The notes under the pieces: model-generated | The model's database searches: none | What the model saw: only the letters and a program-made list of their open reading frames with translations | Told to the model about the DNA's origin: nothing | DNA from: Narcine bancroftii | Taxonomy: Eukaryota | DNA length: 64,000 nucleotides | Direction: 5' to 3' | NCBI RefSeq assembly: GCF_036971445.1 | Contig: NC_091478.1 | Span: 102,982,001 to 103,046,000, forward strand | Part shown: positions 12,492 through 23,289 of the stretch, in pieces | Numbering within the stretch: position 1 is the stretch's first letter | Layout: each line of letters begins with the position of its first letter | Program-made: the position numbers and the translations under genes

Positions 12492-12788
12492 CGGTGGTTC
12501 TCAACCTTTTACCCCCCCCTCCCCCACCTTAAGTAATCCCTGAGGTCCTGAGTTCATTCGAGAGGGTGCTGAGGGCAATAAGGGCTCCGAAAGGGTCTCA
12601 GGTGCTGAAGGCTTCCTGATTGTTGGAGGTTATAGTGCACTATTTGTACTCACTTCTTTATGGCACTGCATGGTGCTCTGGTTGGTAAGGGATTACTTAA
12701 GGAGGTAAAACTACAACCACGGGCTCTACAGAATTTTGTGATTTACTTAAGATGGTGAGTGTAAAAAAAAGCAAGTTGAGAACCACTG
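12492..12788. mobile_element. hAT MITE carrying captured local sequences
   Basis: TIRs cggtggttctcaacc / gttgagaaccactg; TSD ctttagac/cttttgac; interior includes copies of 11146-11234 (inverted) and 15391-15429 (direct). Confidence 0.8.
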
Positions 12789-13320
12789 CTTTTGACTTGC
12801 AGTACAATAACAGGCCCTTCAAGCCCGCGAGCTCGTGCCACCCAAATATGCTAATAGACCCTGGTACATTTTGAAGAGTTGAGGGGGGGGGAAGAAATCA
12901 GAGCGCACCCAGAGGAAACACAGAGAGAATGTACAAACTCCTCACAGACAGTCATATGATTGAGTTAATGTACAGTTTACAAATGCATGAAATTGCTGGC
13001 TGCAGCTACACATGTACGTAGAACACACGTGAATGGGCAGCACCACAACAACTGAGATTCAAATCCAGCGCTGTGACCCAGTAATATCTGATGTGTAGAG
13101 ATCAGCTGAGGCTTTTTGGGTTTTTTTTATATAGTCCTGTTCTAAGATGGTGATAATATGTATGTTTGCACGATGATGTTGTCACAAAACACTGAATTTC
13201 ATGACTTGTTCGTGACAATAAATTCTCATTCTGGCTTTTAATAGCAAAAGGCTCACTTTCAACCAGAGAGCACTAAACCACAGCACAAGCCCTTCCACCC
13301 TCAATGTTGTGCTGACTGAC

Positions 13321-13530
13321 CATAATGTTTGGGACAAAGACACCTTTTTCCTTTATTTGCCCCTGTGCTCCAGTTTTGTAATCAAACAATTCACATGTAA
13401 TTAAAGTACACGTTCCAGACTTTATTCAAGGTTATTTGTAGATATTTTTGTTTGACTATGTAGAAATTACAGCACATTTTATACATTGTCCCCTCATTCC
13501 AGGACACCATAATGTTCAGGACGTTTGGGC
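13321..13530. mobile_element. Tc1-like transposon terminal fragment
   Basis: Matches 44228-44443 (cataatgtttggga.aaagacac...), the end of the Tc1 element that starts at 44218. Confidence 0.7.
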
Positions 13531-14643
13531 ACCACCCCTGGGAAGGCATTCCAGGCACCCACAATCCCTGTGTAAAAAGCTTACCCCTGATGTCTCTGCT
13601 AAATTTTCCTCCCGTCACTTTGTACAGATCTCCTGCACTAGGAAAAAGGTGCTGGCTGTCTACCTTATCTGTGCCTCTCTTAATCATGTAGACCTCTATT
13701 AAGTTCTCTCTCAGCCTTCTTTGTTCCAAAGAGAAAAGTCCTCGCTCTGCTAACCTTGCCTCATGAGACTTATTTTCCAATTAAGAACCAGCAATGTGGT
13801 CAAAATACAATTGCCACACTGAACTGGTTCAGCAAGTCCCCCAGTTCAAAGGGGTAATTAGGAGCGTACAGTGGTTGCTGGCATAGCCAGCAAAAGGCCA
13901 AGTCTTGAGAAGGAAGAACCACCAGACCAAAAACAGAGTTTAACCTTCAGATTCTTGGAGTCCCAATCGCACAGAACACTGATCACGGGTTCACAGTTCA
14001 CCAACCCAGCTGTGCAGTCGGGATGATGAAAAGAGATGAACCTCAGTCATTCAGTGAGATGCTACAGCACAAGGAACGACCAATGTGGCTACCAGTACAT
14101 CCAAGACAGATCCAGCTGTCGGATGGGAAACAAGGAGGGAAGATGTTTTGAAGAAAGAAGCGAGTTTTTTATGAAAGTTTTGTACTCCACCATATCACAG
14201 AACAAAGTCCAGAAACTTTAAAATCATCCTACCTCTGCACTTAAGCAAAGTCTCATCTCTCGGTCCACATCATTACATTTCCCCAGGAATTTCATGAAAC
14301 TATGCTGTTGGGAGAGACGGGAGAGTTGATGAGCTACAAAGTTAGAACTTTGTTAACAAACTTGCTTTGTCAAGATTATTGTAATGAGTTGATGGGACAG
14401 GATATTAGAAATAAAATAATTGTCTCGTTCATCACCCACAGGGGATTAAGAGACAAGTTAAAATCTCACTATGGCCCTGAGAGCTTTTAAATTCAGTTAA
14501 TTAAATGAATCTAGTAAAAGCAATGACTATCATGAAACTACCAGAGTGTTTTTGTCAACAGCCAAATTACTTTACTAAAGCTTTACAGGGAGGGCGAACT
14601 GCCCCTGTGGTCGATCCTGAGCCTAAGCAACATGCAAAAGTGC
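13531..14643. repeat. Segmental duplication, copy A (source; includes the second CMC2 coding exon and a CR1 fragment at ~13531-13780)
   Basis: Reverse complement of 43068-44172. The ORF track shows near-identical peptides on opposite strands (14036-14221 vs 43482-43667). Confidence 0.95.
14233..14304 (-). CDS. CMC2: CMC2 second coding exon
   Basis: ccaacag|HSFMKFLGKCNDVDREMRLCLSAE|gtagga; 72 nt; contains the second CX9C motif. Confidence 0.95.
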
Positions 14644-14954
14644 GAGCAATGTTCCGGACCTGCTGATGCTGCATGACCTGCTGAGATTCTCCAGCTCTTC
14701 TGTGTGTTACACTCGACACCAGCATCTTTCTCTCCTGAGCCAAAGCTTTGTGATGGACTCTATCCTAATCTGAAATGGCCCAATCATCCTACAGTTTGAG
14801 GACAATGAGAGATGGGGACTAAATATACTCTGTGGGTGTCTATGACACCTACATCAATCAAAAGGAGACAGCAATGAAGGCAACACAAGTTAAGAATTGT
14901 TATACAGCCGCACTATGGAGTTCAAATACTTATAAATAGTCAGTTGTGCTGCAT

Positions 14955-15200
14955 GGTACAGCACCTAATAGCCTGAATATGCCTGAGATTGTCTGATCTC
15001 AGAAGCTCGTCAAGCTCAGGTCTGGTCAGTACTCGGAGGGGAGACCGCCTGAGAACATCAGGTACTGTAGGTTTCTGTGAGGGGTGCTGGACAAAAGTGG
15101 TGACTCTCTGTCTGCTTTATGGGAGACAAAGTTAAAGAATTTCAATTATGTTACATTCTAAATGTAGTATCACGTGACAATAATGGAACCTTTACCTTTT
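14955..15200 (+). mobile_element. 5S rRNA-derived SINE (SINE3-type), copy 2, in a CMC2 intron
   Basis: cctgaatatgcctgagattgtctgatctcagaagct...ggtctggtcagtactcggaggggagaccgcctgagaacatcaggtactgtaggttt aligns to 5S rRNA (~14955-15074), followed by a non-5S tail. Confidence 0.85.
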
Positions 15201-15414
15201 TTAACTTTCTTTTCCTAAATCTAAATGTGTTTAGATTCCCCCACATTACCAGAGTTTTGTAGAAAATCCAATGGATGCTGAAACCGGATGTGACTGGCAG
15301 AAAGATATAGTGGGCTGATGTGCACGGTGAGCAATATTATGCACTACACTACATCTTGTCTGAAACAGGAGCACCACGGGTGTCCAGAGATTATAGTGCA
15401 CTATTTGTACTCAC

Positions 15415-15495
15415 TTCTTTATGGCACTGTTGGAGGCGTTGAATTAGAAGGTTGCACTCCTGCGTATGCAGATGTGGTGATAGGTCGGGGTGCAT
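15415..15495 (-). CDS. CMC2: CMC2 first coding exon (exon begins at 15544 with 5' UTR)
   Basis: [27 protein letters not shown]|gtgagt; canonical CMC2 N-terminus with the first CX9C motif. Confidence 0.97.
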
Positions 15496-17437
15496 CCTCG
15501 TTTTCCCGTTGTAAGCCAAGTGATATCAGGAATAAATCTTGCGTCTGAAAATCAGCAAATGACCATCGTTCTCAAAAAAAGCACTCACTCTACATCACCA
15601 TGAATGAACTCCATTTGCAAGTGGAACTGGGTGAGCTGGTGTTAGAAGAGCAAGAATGCTCTTGTTGAGGGTACAATGGCATAACAAGCTATATTACTCA
15701 ACATCATCCAGGAGTCTTGACTAAACTCCTGGATGAACCAGTTGACCACCCCCATCCCAACTAAGATGGGGAGTATAAATCATCTATTAAATATCAAGAA
15801 TGGCCAGGAATCTAACGAGTTGTCACACAAACCAATTCTGGTTCATTGGTCTCCTTTCAGGCTAAAAATCTGTGTCCTTTTCCCGTAAGACCGCAGACCC
15901 ACATGGCTGATCTTTAAAGCCAAGCACTCACATGCTACCTCAGGAAGGCAGCCAACACCATAAAGGACCCCCATCACCCTGATCACAACCTCTATTCACT
16001 GTTCCCTTTGGCCAAAAGGGACAGAAGCCTCAAGACGAGCACCTCTGCTTTGTTTCCAACAGCTGACAGGCTTTTGAACCTCCCCTTGCTACACTGATCA
16101 CAAACGACTCTGACACGACACAAAGACCCGTCTGGCTTAACCCAGCGTCCTTTTAATTTAATTTACCATAATTTTAATTTAGATGTACAGCACAGTGATG
16201 GTAACACCACTTTTTTTTCTTGCACTCTGGTAACTGTGAATATTATCCTTTGTATGGATTTTTTTCTTTAATTTGATGTTTACTATTATAATTGCTTTTT
16301 TTTACAAGAAAAAAATAAGATTTGTACAAGGTATAGACTCATTAGTAATGGGTGGGCAGAATGATGTATTTCGAACTCTTCATTAATTAACTCTTCTTCA
16401 TTAATTGGGTGGGATGGTTAGTGTACCCCTTGGTACAGAACCAGCAACCTGGGTTTGAATCCCACGCTGTCTGTAAGGGGTTCGTAATTCTCCTTGTGTC
16501 TGCATGGGTTTCCTCCGGTTGCTCCAATATCCTCCCACCCTTTAAAAAAAAGTACAGGGGTTGTCGGTTAATTGGTGTATTTGGCGGGCATGGGCCTGTG
16601 GGCTGGAAGGGCCTGTCACCGTGCTGTACATCAATTAAAATGATGGTGAATTAAATTAAAAGGACTTTGGGTGAAGCCAGCTCTGAGAGGAGATGTGTGA
16701 CGAAAACCCAGTGAAGAAGAGGAGGTGAAGCATGAACGAGCCGGAGAAGGGCTGAAAGAAGTGGGAGGTGGGGAGAAACTGAGAGGGAACAGCATCCAGA
16801 TTTTAGTCACCACCATCTCTGCTCCCTGGAGGAGGTTTTCCAGTCCAGGACACCTGAGGTGTCCATCTTCAGAAAACATGGCTTCATCTCTCCTGGCATT
16901 AACTCCGCCCTCATCTGCATCTCCCCTTCGGGAGAGAACAGCCAGATTCAGATCTGATCTGGCAAACCGGGTGGGTGAAGCTCAGGCAGACCTGCAAGGG
17001 TCCCCGTGGAGTGGACTGGGAAGAGCAAAGAGCAGGTTGGAAGTGGACCAGGCAGTGGTGGCCTGGAATGCATTGCTGGAGGCTGGTCCAATGGGGAACA
17101 CTGAAAAGACTCATGGATGGAGGGGAAATAGAGGTTCGTGGGCTGAGAGGGAGGTGTGGAGGAGGTCCTCACCATATTGTGGGCCGAAGAGCCTGTACTG
17201 CTCTCTGGATTGTGTCCCATCCTGAGCACATGCTCAGCATTTTCTGCTTTTATTCCTAAGCAATTTGCATTCGCGACGTCTGAAAAATCGAGTGAGAGGG
17301 TTTTGATGGAGATGACCTGGATCTCCGGAGTTCAGGGTCACAGAGAAGGCTTTAATGTCTGCACCTATATTTACAATTCGCCCCCTTCGTTGATGCAGGA
17401 TGAGACGATGATCTGCAATGTCACCCACGCCACTTAC

Positions 17438-17480
17438 CCTCTGTCGCGAACCGCTCCCAGGAAGTAACATTTCACTTGTC
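17438..17480 (-). other. CMC2: Probable CMC2 non-coding exon 1 (5' end approximate)
   Basis: Strong donor agg|GTAAGT on the minus strand (cacttac at 17431-17437) inside a CpG-rich patch next to promoter motifs. Confidence 0.6.
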
Positions 17481-17720
17481 ACGGACAAGGCAGCGGACCA
17501 ACGGGAGACGACCGTCCAATTCATCCACCAATGGGCGAAGGGAGTGGGCGGATCCCCCGAGGAGATCAGCCAATCGGAAAATGGAAAGTCTTTCCAGCCT
17601 CGCGGAGAAGCGCTGGAGAAAGTCTCGGGAAGGGGCCAAGACAGTCTGAGCAAACCCACCCCCCACCTCTGCTGCCGGATGGGGGGGCGGGGGGGGGCTG
17701 GCCGCCTTATGCACAGGAGC
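17455..17720 (-). promoter_or_regulatory. CpG-rich CMC2 promoter
   Basis: ETS-type ggaagt (~17460), CCAAT boxes (~17528, ~17570), GC box gggcgg (~17546). Confidence 0.6.
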
Positions 17721-18200
17721 AGGCTTACCCATAAATTCCAATGGTGCAATCCTGGGATAATTAATAAATATGATTCTCCTTCACAGGCTGGACATTGCAC
17801 TTCTTTTTAAAGGTAGTAAAGTTTCCCCGTGTCTCTTCATTTCTTCCTTGTTCCATTACTCCTCTGCTCTCTGTCACAAGAGACTGAGAGTTGGAAACAT
17901 GTGTATATTTTACTGGTCTCCAGGCCCTCGGAAATTGTAGTACCAATGCCCTCGGTCCTGAGCTTCTGAAAGCAATTAGAGGTTTATCCCTTGACGATGT
18001 CCTTCCTCTTTATACTGCTCTGGGGAGAACTGTCATCCAGTTAGAGTTAATGCCCTATTTTTAAATGCACGACTCTACGCTTGTTCACTGCAGGCACTGA
18101 GAAGAACAGGAGATTCTGGTGATAAAATTATTGTCATATACATAAGTACAATGCACCAATGCTCCACATTATTACTTGCCGAAGCCACACGAGTCCATAA

Positions 18201-18899
18201 TGTGAGAGATGGGAAAACTGATCTAAAATTATGAACATGAAGGAAACTAAAATTCATACATCAGTTAATGGCTGTAACCAGTACAAACAGGATGAGCTTG
18301 GGGATTAGGATGCAGGAAAGCAGAGTCAGCACGATTAACATAAGAATCTTCTAGTCTGTGACAAGAGCCACCATAAGACTAAGATAAGGAGTGGTAAGGA
18401 ACAATAGAATGTAGGAAGTTGAGGTAGTCTGGATCAGATAAGGGTCTCCTAGCCCTGGACAGAAGTACCAAGTCCTACATATCTAATTAGCTAACCTTAC
18501 ACAGATTTATACATATTAAATTAGCCAACCCTAGACAGGATGAGCCAACTCTGCATACCAAGAGACTGTAGCCCCGAGAAATCAGGAAGGTGTGAATAAG
18601 GACAATGACATGAAGGGACACCAACAGGATATCCCCTGGTCCTCCAAGTCTACTGAAACTGCACATAGGAAGGAAGGATTGCCTAATGCCAAACCTCTCC
18701 AGCAGGAGGCAGAAGAATGTAAGGGGGAGGGTATTCCTATACTGAAATCAACTGTATAAAAGTTGGGTGAGCCCCAGTGTATGTGTGTATTCCCAAGGTA
18801 AGGGGAAGCACCCAACTTTGCATTGTGGTTATAATAAATGTTCTTTGTTCTCAATTTTTGTCTCGAGCAATTTCTTTAAAGGTACTTCTATTTCTAACA
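18201..18899 (+). mobile_element. Solo LTR (ERV1/Gypsy-type), copy 1
   Basis: TG...CA termini, 4-bp TSD ATAA, TATA-like gtataaaa (~18754), AATAAA (~18833); near-identical inverted copy at 44984-45680. Confidence 0.9.
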
Positions 18900-18974
18900 A
18901 TAATAAGAAGCATAAACAATGATAGTATAAATTAAATTTCACTTACTCCATGGAGGATATTTACATGAAATAGT

Positions 18975-19295
18975 GTCTTAATAAAAGCAGTCTTGATCAT
19001 CAAAGCCTCCCACCGCCCTGGAAAAGCCTTCTTCACTCTGCTACCATGGGGGAAAAGGTACAAGAGCCTAAAGACGAGGACTCAGCGGCACAAGGACGGC
19101 TTCTTCCCCGCTGCCATCAGATTCGTGAGCGATCAATGAATGAAAGACACTGCCTTACTTTTCGTAAACTATTATTTTTCTCTTTTTATAGAGTAAATAT
19201 TGTGAGATGGTTATAATAGGAACGTTTGCCCTGTGATGCTGCACAAACACCGAATTTCATGACTTGCTCATAACAATAAAATCTGATTCTGAAGT
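18975..19295 (+). mobile_element. Rex-Babar-type LINE 3' tail
   Basis: Similar direct copy at ~45990-46400; ends in ...acaataaaatctgattctga. Confidence 0.65.
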
Positions 19296-19666
19296 TACCA
19301 TAATGCACCATGAATCAGAAAAATAGATGATTAATGTAACAGGTTCAGCTCGTGCCACCCAACCAAAAACACTTGTGGTCATCTGGGTTCTGAATGACAT
19401 CTTTTTTTTTTGAACGACAGACCTGAATTTGAGGAAGGTCAAGCTTATTGTCGCCTGATTGTACAAGTCCAACCCAAGGAAGTCGTGTTCTCTGGTCCTC
19501 GGTGCTAAAAGCGCGCAGACACACAACCAGACCTAGCGCTTGTCCAGATAAACAATATAGGTGCAGGACAAGTATTTTAATCTATACTAATAAATAAATA
19601 TCGTGAGCAGTTCCGCTCGTGGTTCAGCATTCTCGCTGGCCATGGATAGAAGCTGGTACTCAGCCT

Positions 19667-20647
19667 GATCTGATGCTCCTGGGTCTGATGCTCCTGGATC
19701 TGATGACCTTGGGTCTGATGACCCTGGATCTGATGCTCCTGGGTCTGATGCCCCTGGGTCTGATGCCCCTGGATCTGATGCTCCTGGGTCTGATGACCCT
19801 GGATCTGATGCTCCTGGGTCTGATGACCCTGGATCTAATGCCCCTGGATCTAATGCCCCTGAGTCTGATGCCCCTGGGTCTGATGCCCCTGGATCTGATG
19901 CCCCTGGATCTAATGCCCCTGGGTCTGATGCCCCTGGGTCTGATGCCCCTGGATCTAATGCCCCTGGGTCTGATGCCCCTGGGTCTGATGCCCCTGGATC
20001 TGATGCTCCTGGGTCTGATGTCCCTAGATCTAATGCCCCTGGGTCTGATGCCCCTGGGTCTGATGCCCCTGGATCTGATGCCCCTGGGTCTGATGCCCCT
20101 GGGTCTGATGCCCCTGGGTCTGATGCCCCTGGGTCTGATGCCCCTGGGTCTGATGCCCCTGGGTCTGATGCTCCTGGGTCTGATGCTCCTGGATCTGATG
20201 ACCTTGGGTCTGATGACCCTGGATCTGATGCTCCTGGGTCTGATGCCCCTGGGTCTGATGCCCCTGGATCTGATGCTCCTGGGTCTGATGACCCTGGATC
20301 TGATGCTCCTGGGTCTGATGACCCTGGATCTAATGCCCCTGGATCTAATGCCCCTGAGTCTGATGCCCCTGGGTCTGATGCCCCTGGATCTGATGCCCCT
20401 GGATCTAATGCCCCTGGGTCTGATGCCCCTGGGTCTGATGCCCCTGGATCTAATGCCCCTGGGTCTGATGCCCCTGGATCTGATGCTCCTGGGTCTGATG
20501 TCCCTAGATCTAATGCCCCTGGGTCTGATGCCCCTGGGTCTGATGCCCCTGGATCTGATGCCCCTGGGTCTGATGCCCCTGGGTCTGATGCCCCTGGGTC
20601 TGATGCCCCTGGGTCTGATGCCCCTGGGTCTGATGCCCCTGGATCTG
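19667..20647. repeat. 15-bp minisatellite (GGGTCTGATGCCCCT)n, ~65 units, with a 495-bp higher-order duplication
   Basis: Read directly. Variant units ACCTT (19706/20201) and GAGTC (19861/20356) recur at a 495-bp offset. Confidence 0.97.
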
Positions 20648-20699
20648 TTCCCCTGCTGGGAGAAGCTGCAAGATGCTGTGCGCAGGGTGGAAGGGGCTC

Positions 20700-21030
20700 C
20701 TCAATGATCCCAGTCGATCACGTCGCTGCCATGCAATTGGAGTCGAACACAAAAATCTGCAGATCCCGTGAAAGGAGCAAAAACACATGGCTGGAGACAC
20801 TGAGCAGGGTCACAGTCAGCAGAGGGAGAAGCGAGGCGCTGGGTCTTGGAGCTGGGCATGCGCAGTTGTGCCGCGCTCGCCGAGCCTGGGGGCGCTGTGG
20901 CGGGAGGGCAAAGGCAGGCGCCTGCAGAGCCCATCTTGCTCAACGGGCTCGTCGGGGATTGGCTGCTTTCATTTGAAAACAGAGAGCGTTCGGCGCCGCG
21001 GCGGCGAGTGGAGGTTGGATCCGGGGGCGG
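20700..21030 (+). promoter_or_regulatory. CpG-rich CENPN promoter with cell-cycle motifs
   Basis: NRF1-like gcatgcgca (~20857), inverted CCAAT ATTGG (20958-20962) and CHR-like TTTGAA (20972-20977), upstream of the first CENPN coding exon. Confidence 0.65.
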
Positions 21031-21149
21031 GGGGGGGCTGGGAGGGGGGGCTGGGAGGGGGACTGGGAGGGGGACTGGGAGGGGGAGGAGGAGGAGGAGG
21101 AGGATGGGGGGGCTGCGGGGGCGGGGGCGGGGGCTGCGGGGGTGGGAGG

Positions 21150-22010
21150 GGGGAGGAGGGGGGGCTGGGGGGGAGGAGGGGGGGCTGGGGGGGAGGAGGG
21201 GGGGCTGGGGGGGAGGAGGGGGGGCTGGGGGGGAGGAGGGGGGGCTGGGGGGGAGGAGGGGGGGCTGGGGGGGAGGAGGGGGGGCTGGGGGGGAGGAGGG
21301 GGGGCTGGGGGGGAGGAGGGGGGGCTGGGGGGGAGGAGGGGGGGCTGGGGGGGAGGAGGGGGGGCTGGGGGGGAGGAGGGGGGGCTGGGGGGGAGGAGGG
21401 GGGGCTGGGGGGGAGGAGGGGGGGCTGGGGGGGAGGAGGGGGGGCTGGGGGGGAGGAGGGGGGGCTGGGGGGGAGGAGGGGGGGCTGGGGGGGAGGAGGG
21501 GGGGCTGGGGGGGAGGAGGGGGGGCTGGGGGGGAGGAGGGGGGGCTGGGGGGGAGGAGGGGGGGCTGGGGGGGAGGAGGGGGGGCTGGGGGGGAGGAGGG
21601 GGGGCTGGGGGGGAGGAGGGGGGGCTGGGGGGGAGGAGGGGGGGCTGGGGGGGAGGAGGGGGGGCTGGGGGGGAGGAGGGGGGGCTGGGGGGGAGGAGGG
21701 GGGGCTGGGGGGGAGGAGGGGGGGCTGGGGGGGAGGAGGGGGGGCTGGGGGGGAGGAGGGGGGGCTGGGGGGGAGGAGGGGGGGCTGGGGGGGAGGAGGG
21801 GGGGCTGGGGGGGAGGAGGGGGGGCTGGGGGGGAGGAGGGGGGGCTGGGGGGGAGGAGGGGGGGCTGGGGGGGAGGAGGGGGGGCTGGGGGGGAGGAGGG
21901 GGGGCTGGGGGGGAGGAGGGGGGGCTGGGGGGGAGGAGGGGGGGCTGGGGGGGAGGAGGGGGGGCTGGGGGGGAGGAGGGGGGGCTGGGGGGGAGGAGGG
22001 GGGGCTGGGA
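21150..22010. repeat. G-rich 20-bp tandem array (GGGGCTGGGGGGGAGGAGGG)n, ~43 perfect units
   Basis: Read directly; potential G-quadruplex array. Confidence 0.95.
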
Positions 22011-22300
22011 GAGGGTTGAGCCCATCCGTGACCGCCGTGGTGCTGGGTTTGGGGTCACTGGAATTGTGTCACCAGCAGCCTCGTCAGGTGGGATCGCTCC
22101 TTCACTCAATTCCCCAGCCGTGTTGTCGTCAGGGTGGCCCGGTTCGTTGGGGTGCTGTTGGTCCTTCTGTTCCTGATTCGGATTTCGTGGAGGGTGGCAT
22201 TTGTTGCGGTACATAGGAGGGAGCGGATGTTACGAACCCCAGTGCCAATATAATTTCATTGATTTTCTTTTGCAATTTTTTTGACATCAAGGTTTGAGAG

Positions 22301-22468
22301 ATGGATGGGACGGAATACATGATTAAGGTCCTTTCAAGGTTTCGAATGGCTGACTTCCCTCAGCTTTTGAAGTCGTGGGATTTTCTGTCTGAAAGCCAAA
22401 TTCAAAGTGTGAACTTCAAGAAAAACACAAGAAAAGATGTGATTTTGCAGTTAGCTGCACTTTGTGAG
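22301..22468 (+). CDS. CENPN: CENP-N coding exon 1 (acceptor before 22292)
   Basis: MDGTEYMIKVLSRFRMADFPQLLKSWDFLSESQIQSVNF...LCE|gt; the WDFLSE motif is typical of CENP-N. Confidence 0.93.
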
Positions 22469-23289
22469 GTAATGTACAAAATAGACAAAGTGGCTCAGGC
22501 TTGGAATGGAAATTGACATTCATTTGTGAGATGGACAATTGGATATGTATGACTAACATCTGTAGACCAAGTTTTTAAACCTCTCATTCATCAGGCTTTT
22601 AGCCAAAAAAATAATTCCAGCAGTGCTCTTGAGTGAATGAGATTGATTTGCATGGACTCTGGACAATAAATTAGAACAGAGAGGGTGCTTCAATGTCTGC
22701 TTTGACAAATCAATGGTATATTTTAAAACATTTGAAAATACTATTGTCCTTGTGGGATGTTGATCTGTTTAGACAAGGTAAATGCTTCATATAATCTGTA
22801 AACTCCAAGGAAAAAAATGCCCGCAAATAGTGTTAAACTGGATGCTAGGGTTGAGTGCAATAAACAAACGTGCTGAGTTTCTCCAATACATTTATTTGTG
22901 TATTGTCTGCAAATAGTGAAGCTAAGTCACTTTGTTCGAGTTGCTGTCACTCTTCTTGGAACTGAAAATTTAATTGAGATTCCTGTGTTTGTTTTGAATT
23001 GGTGATGATGGAGTTTAACTTTTATTTTCTTCCACTGTAAATAACCAGGCATTGGGGATGGATGTTGGTTACAGGAGTAAATCGCCTGAAATTATACTTC
23101 ATTGATTGAGCAACTTTAGAAGATCAAGGAAGAAACTTTTAAAAATATTTATTGTTAACCAAAATCTTTGTGGTAAAGTGAGTTGAAGCTGAAAGGCATA
23201 TTTTAGATTTATTAATTCTTAACCAGTGGAGTATTTTTTAATCTGCCACAAAGGTGAATGTGAAATTATGTTGTTTCCTCCTCTTCAAA

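Noticed and set aside
14955-15074. Functional 5S rRNA gene
   Set aside because: Many substitutions and indels, no tandem array, and fusion to a SINE tail.
16680-17230. GC-rich stretch with overlapping ORFs and a small palindrome (GGACACCTGAGGTGTCC) in CMC2 intron 1
   Set aside because: No recognisable protein or RNA family and no convincing exon structure.
19619-20707. 362-aa LGLMP-repeat ORF
   Set aside because: It is an open frame through the 15-bp minisatellite.
20787-22216. Long Gly-rich and Pro-rich ORFs (344-456 aa)
   Set aside because: They are translations of the 20-bp G-rich array, with no evidence of coding.
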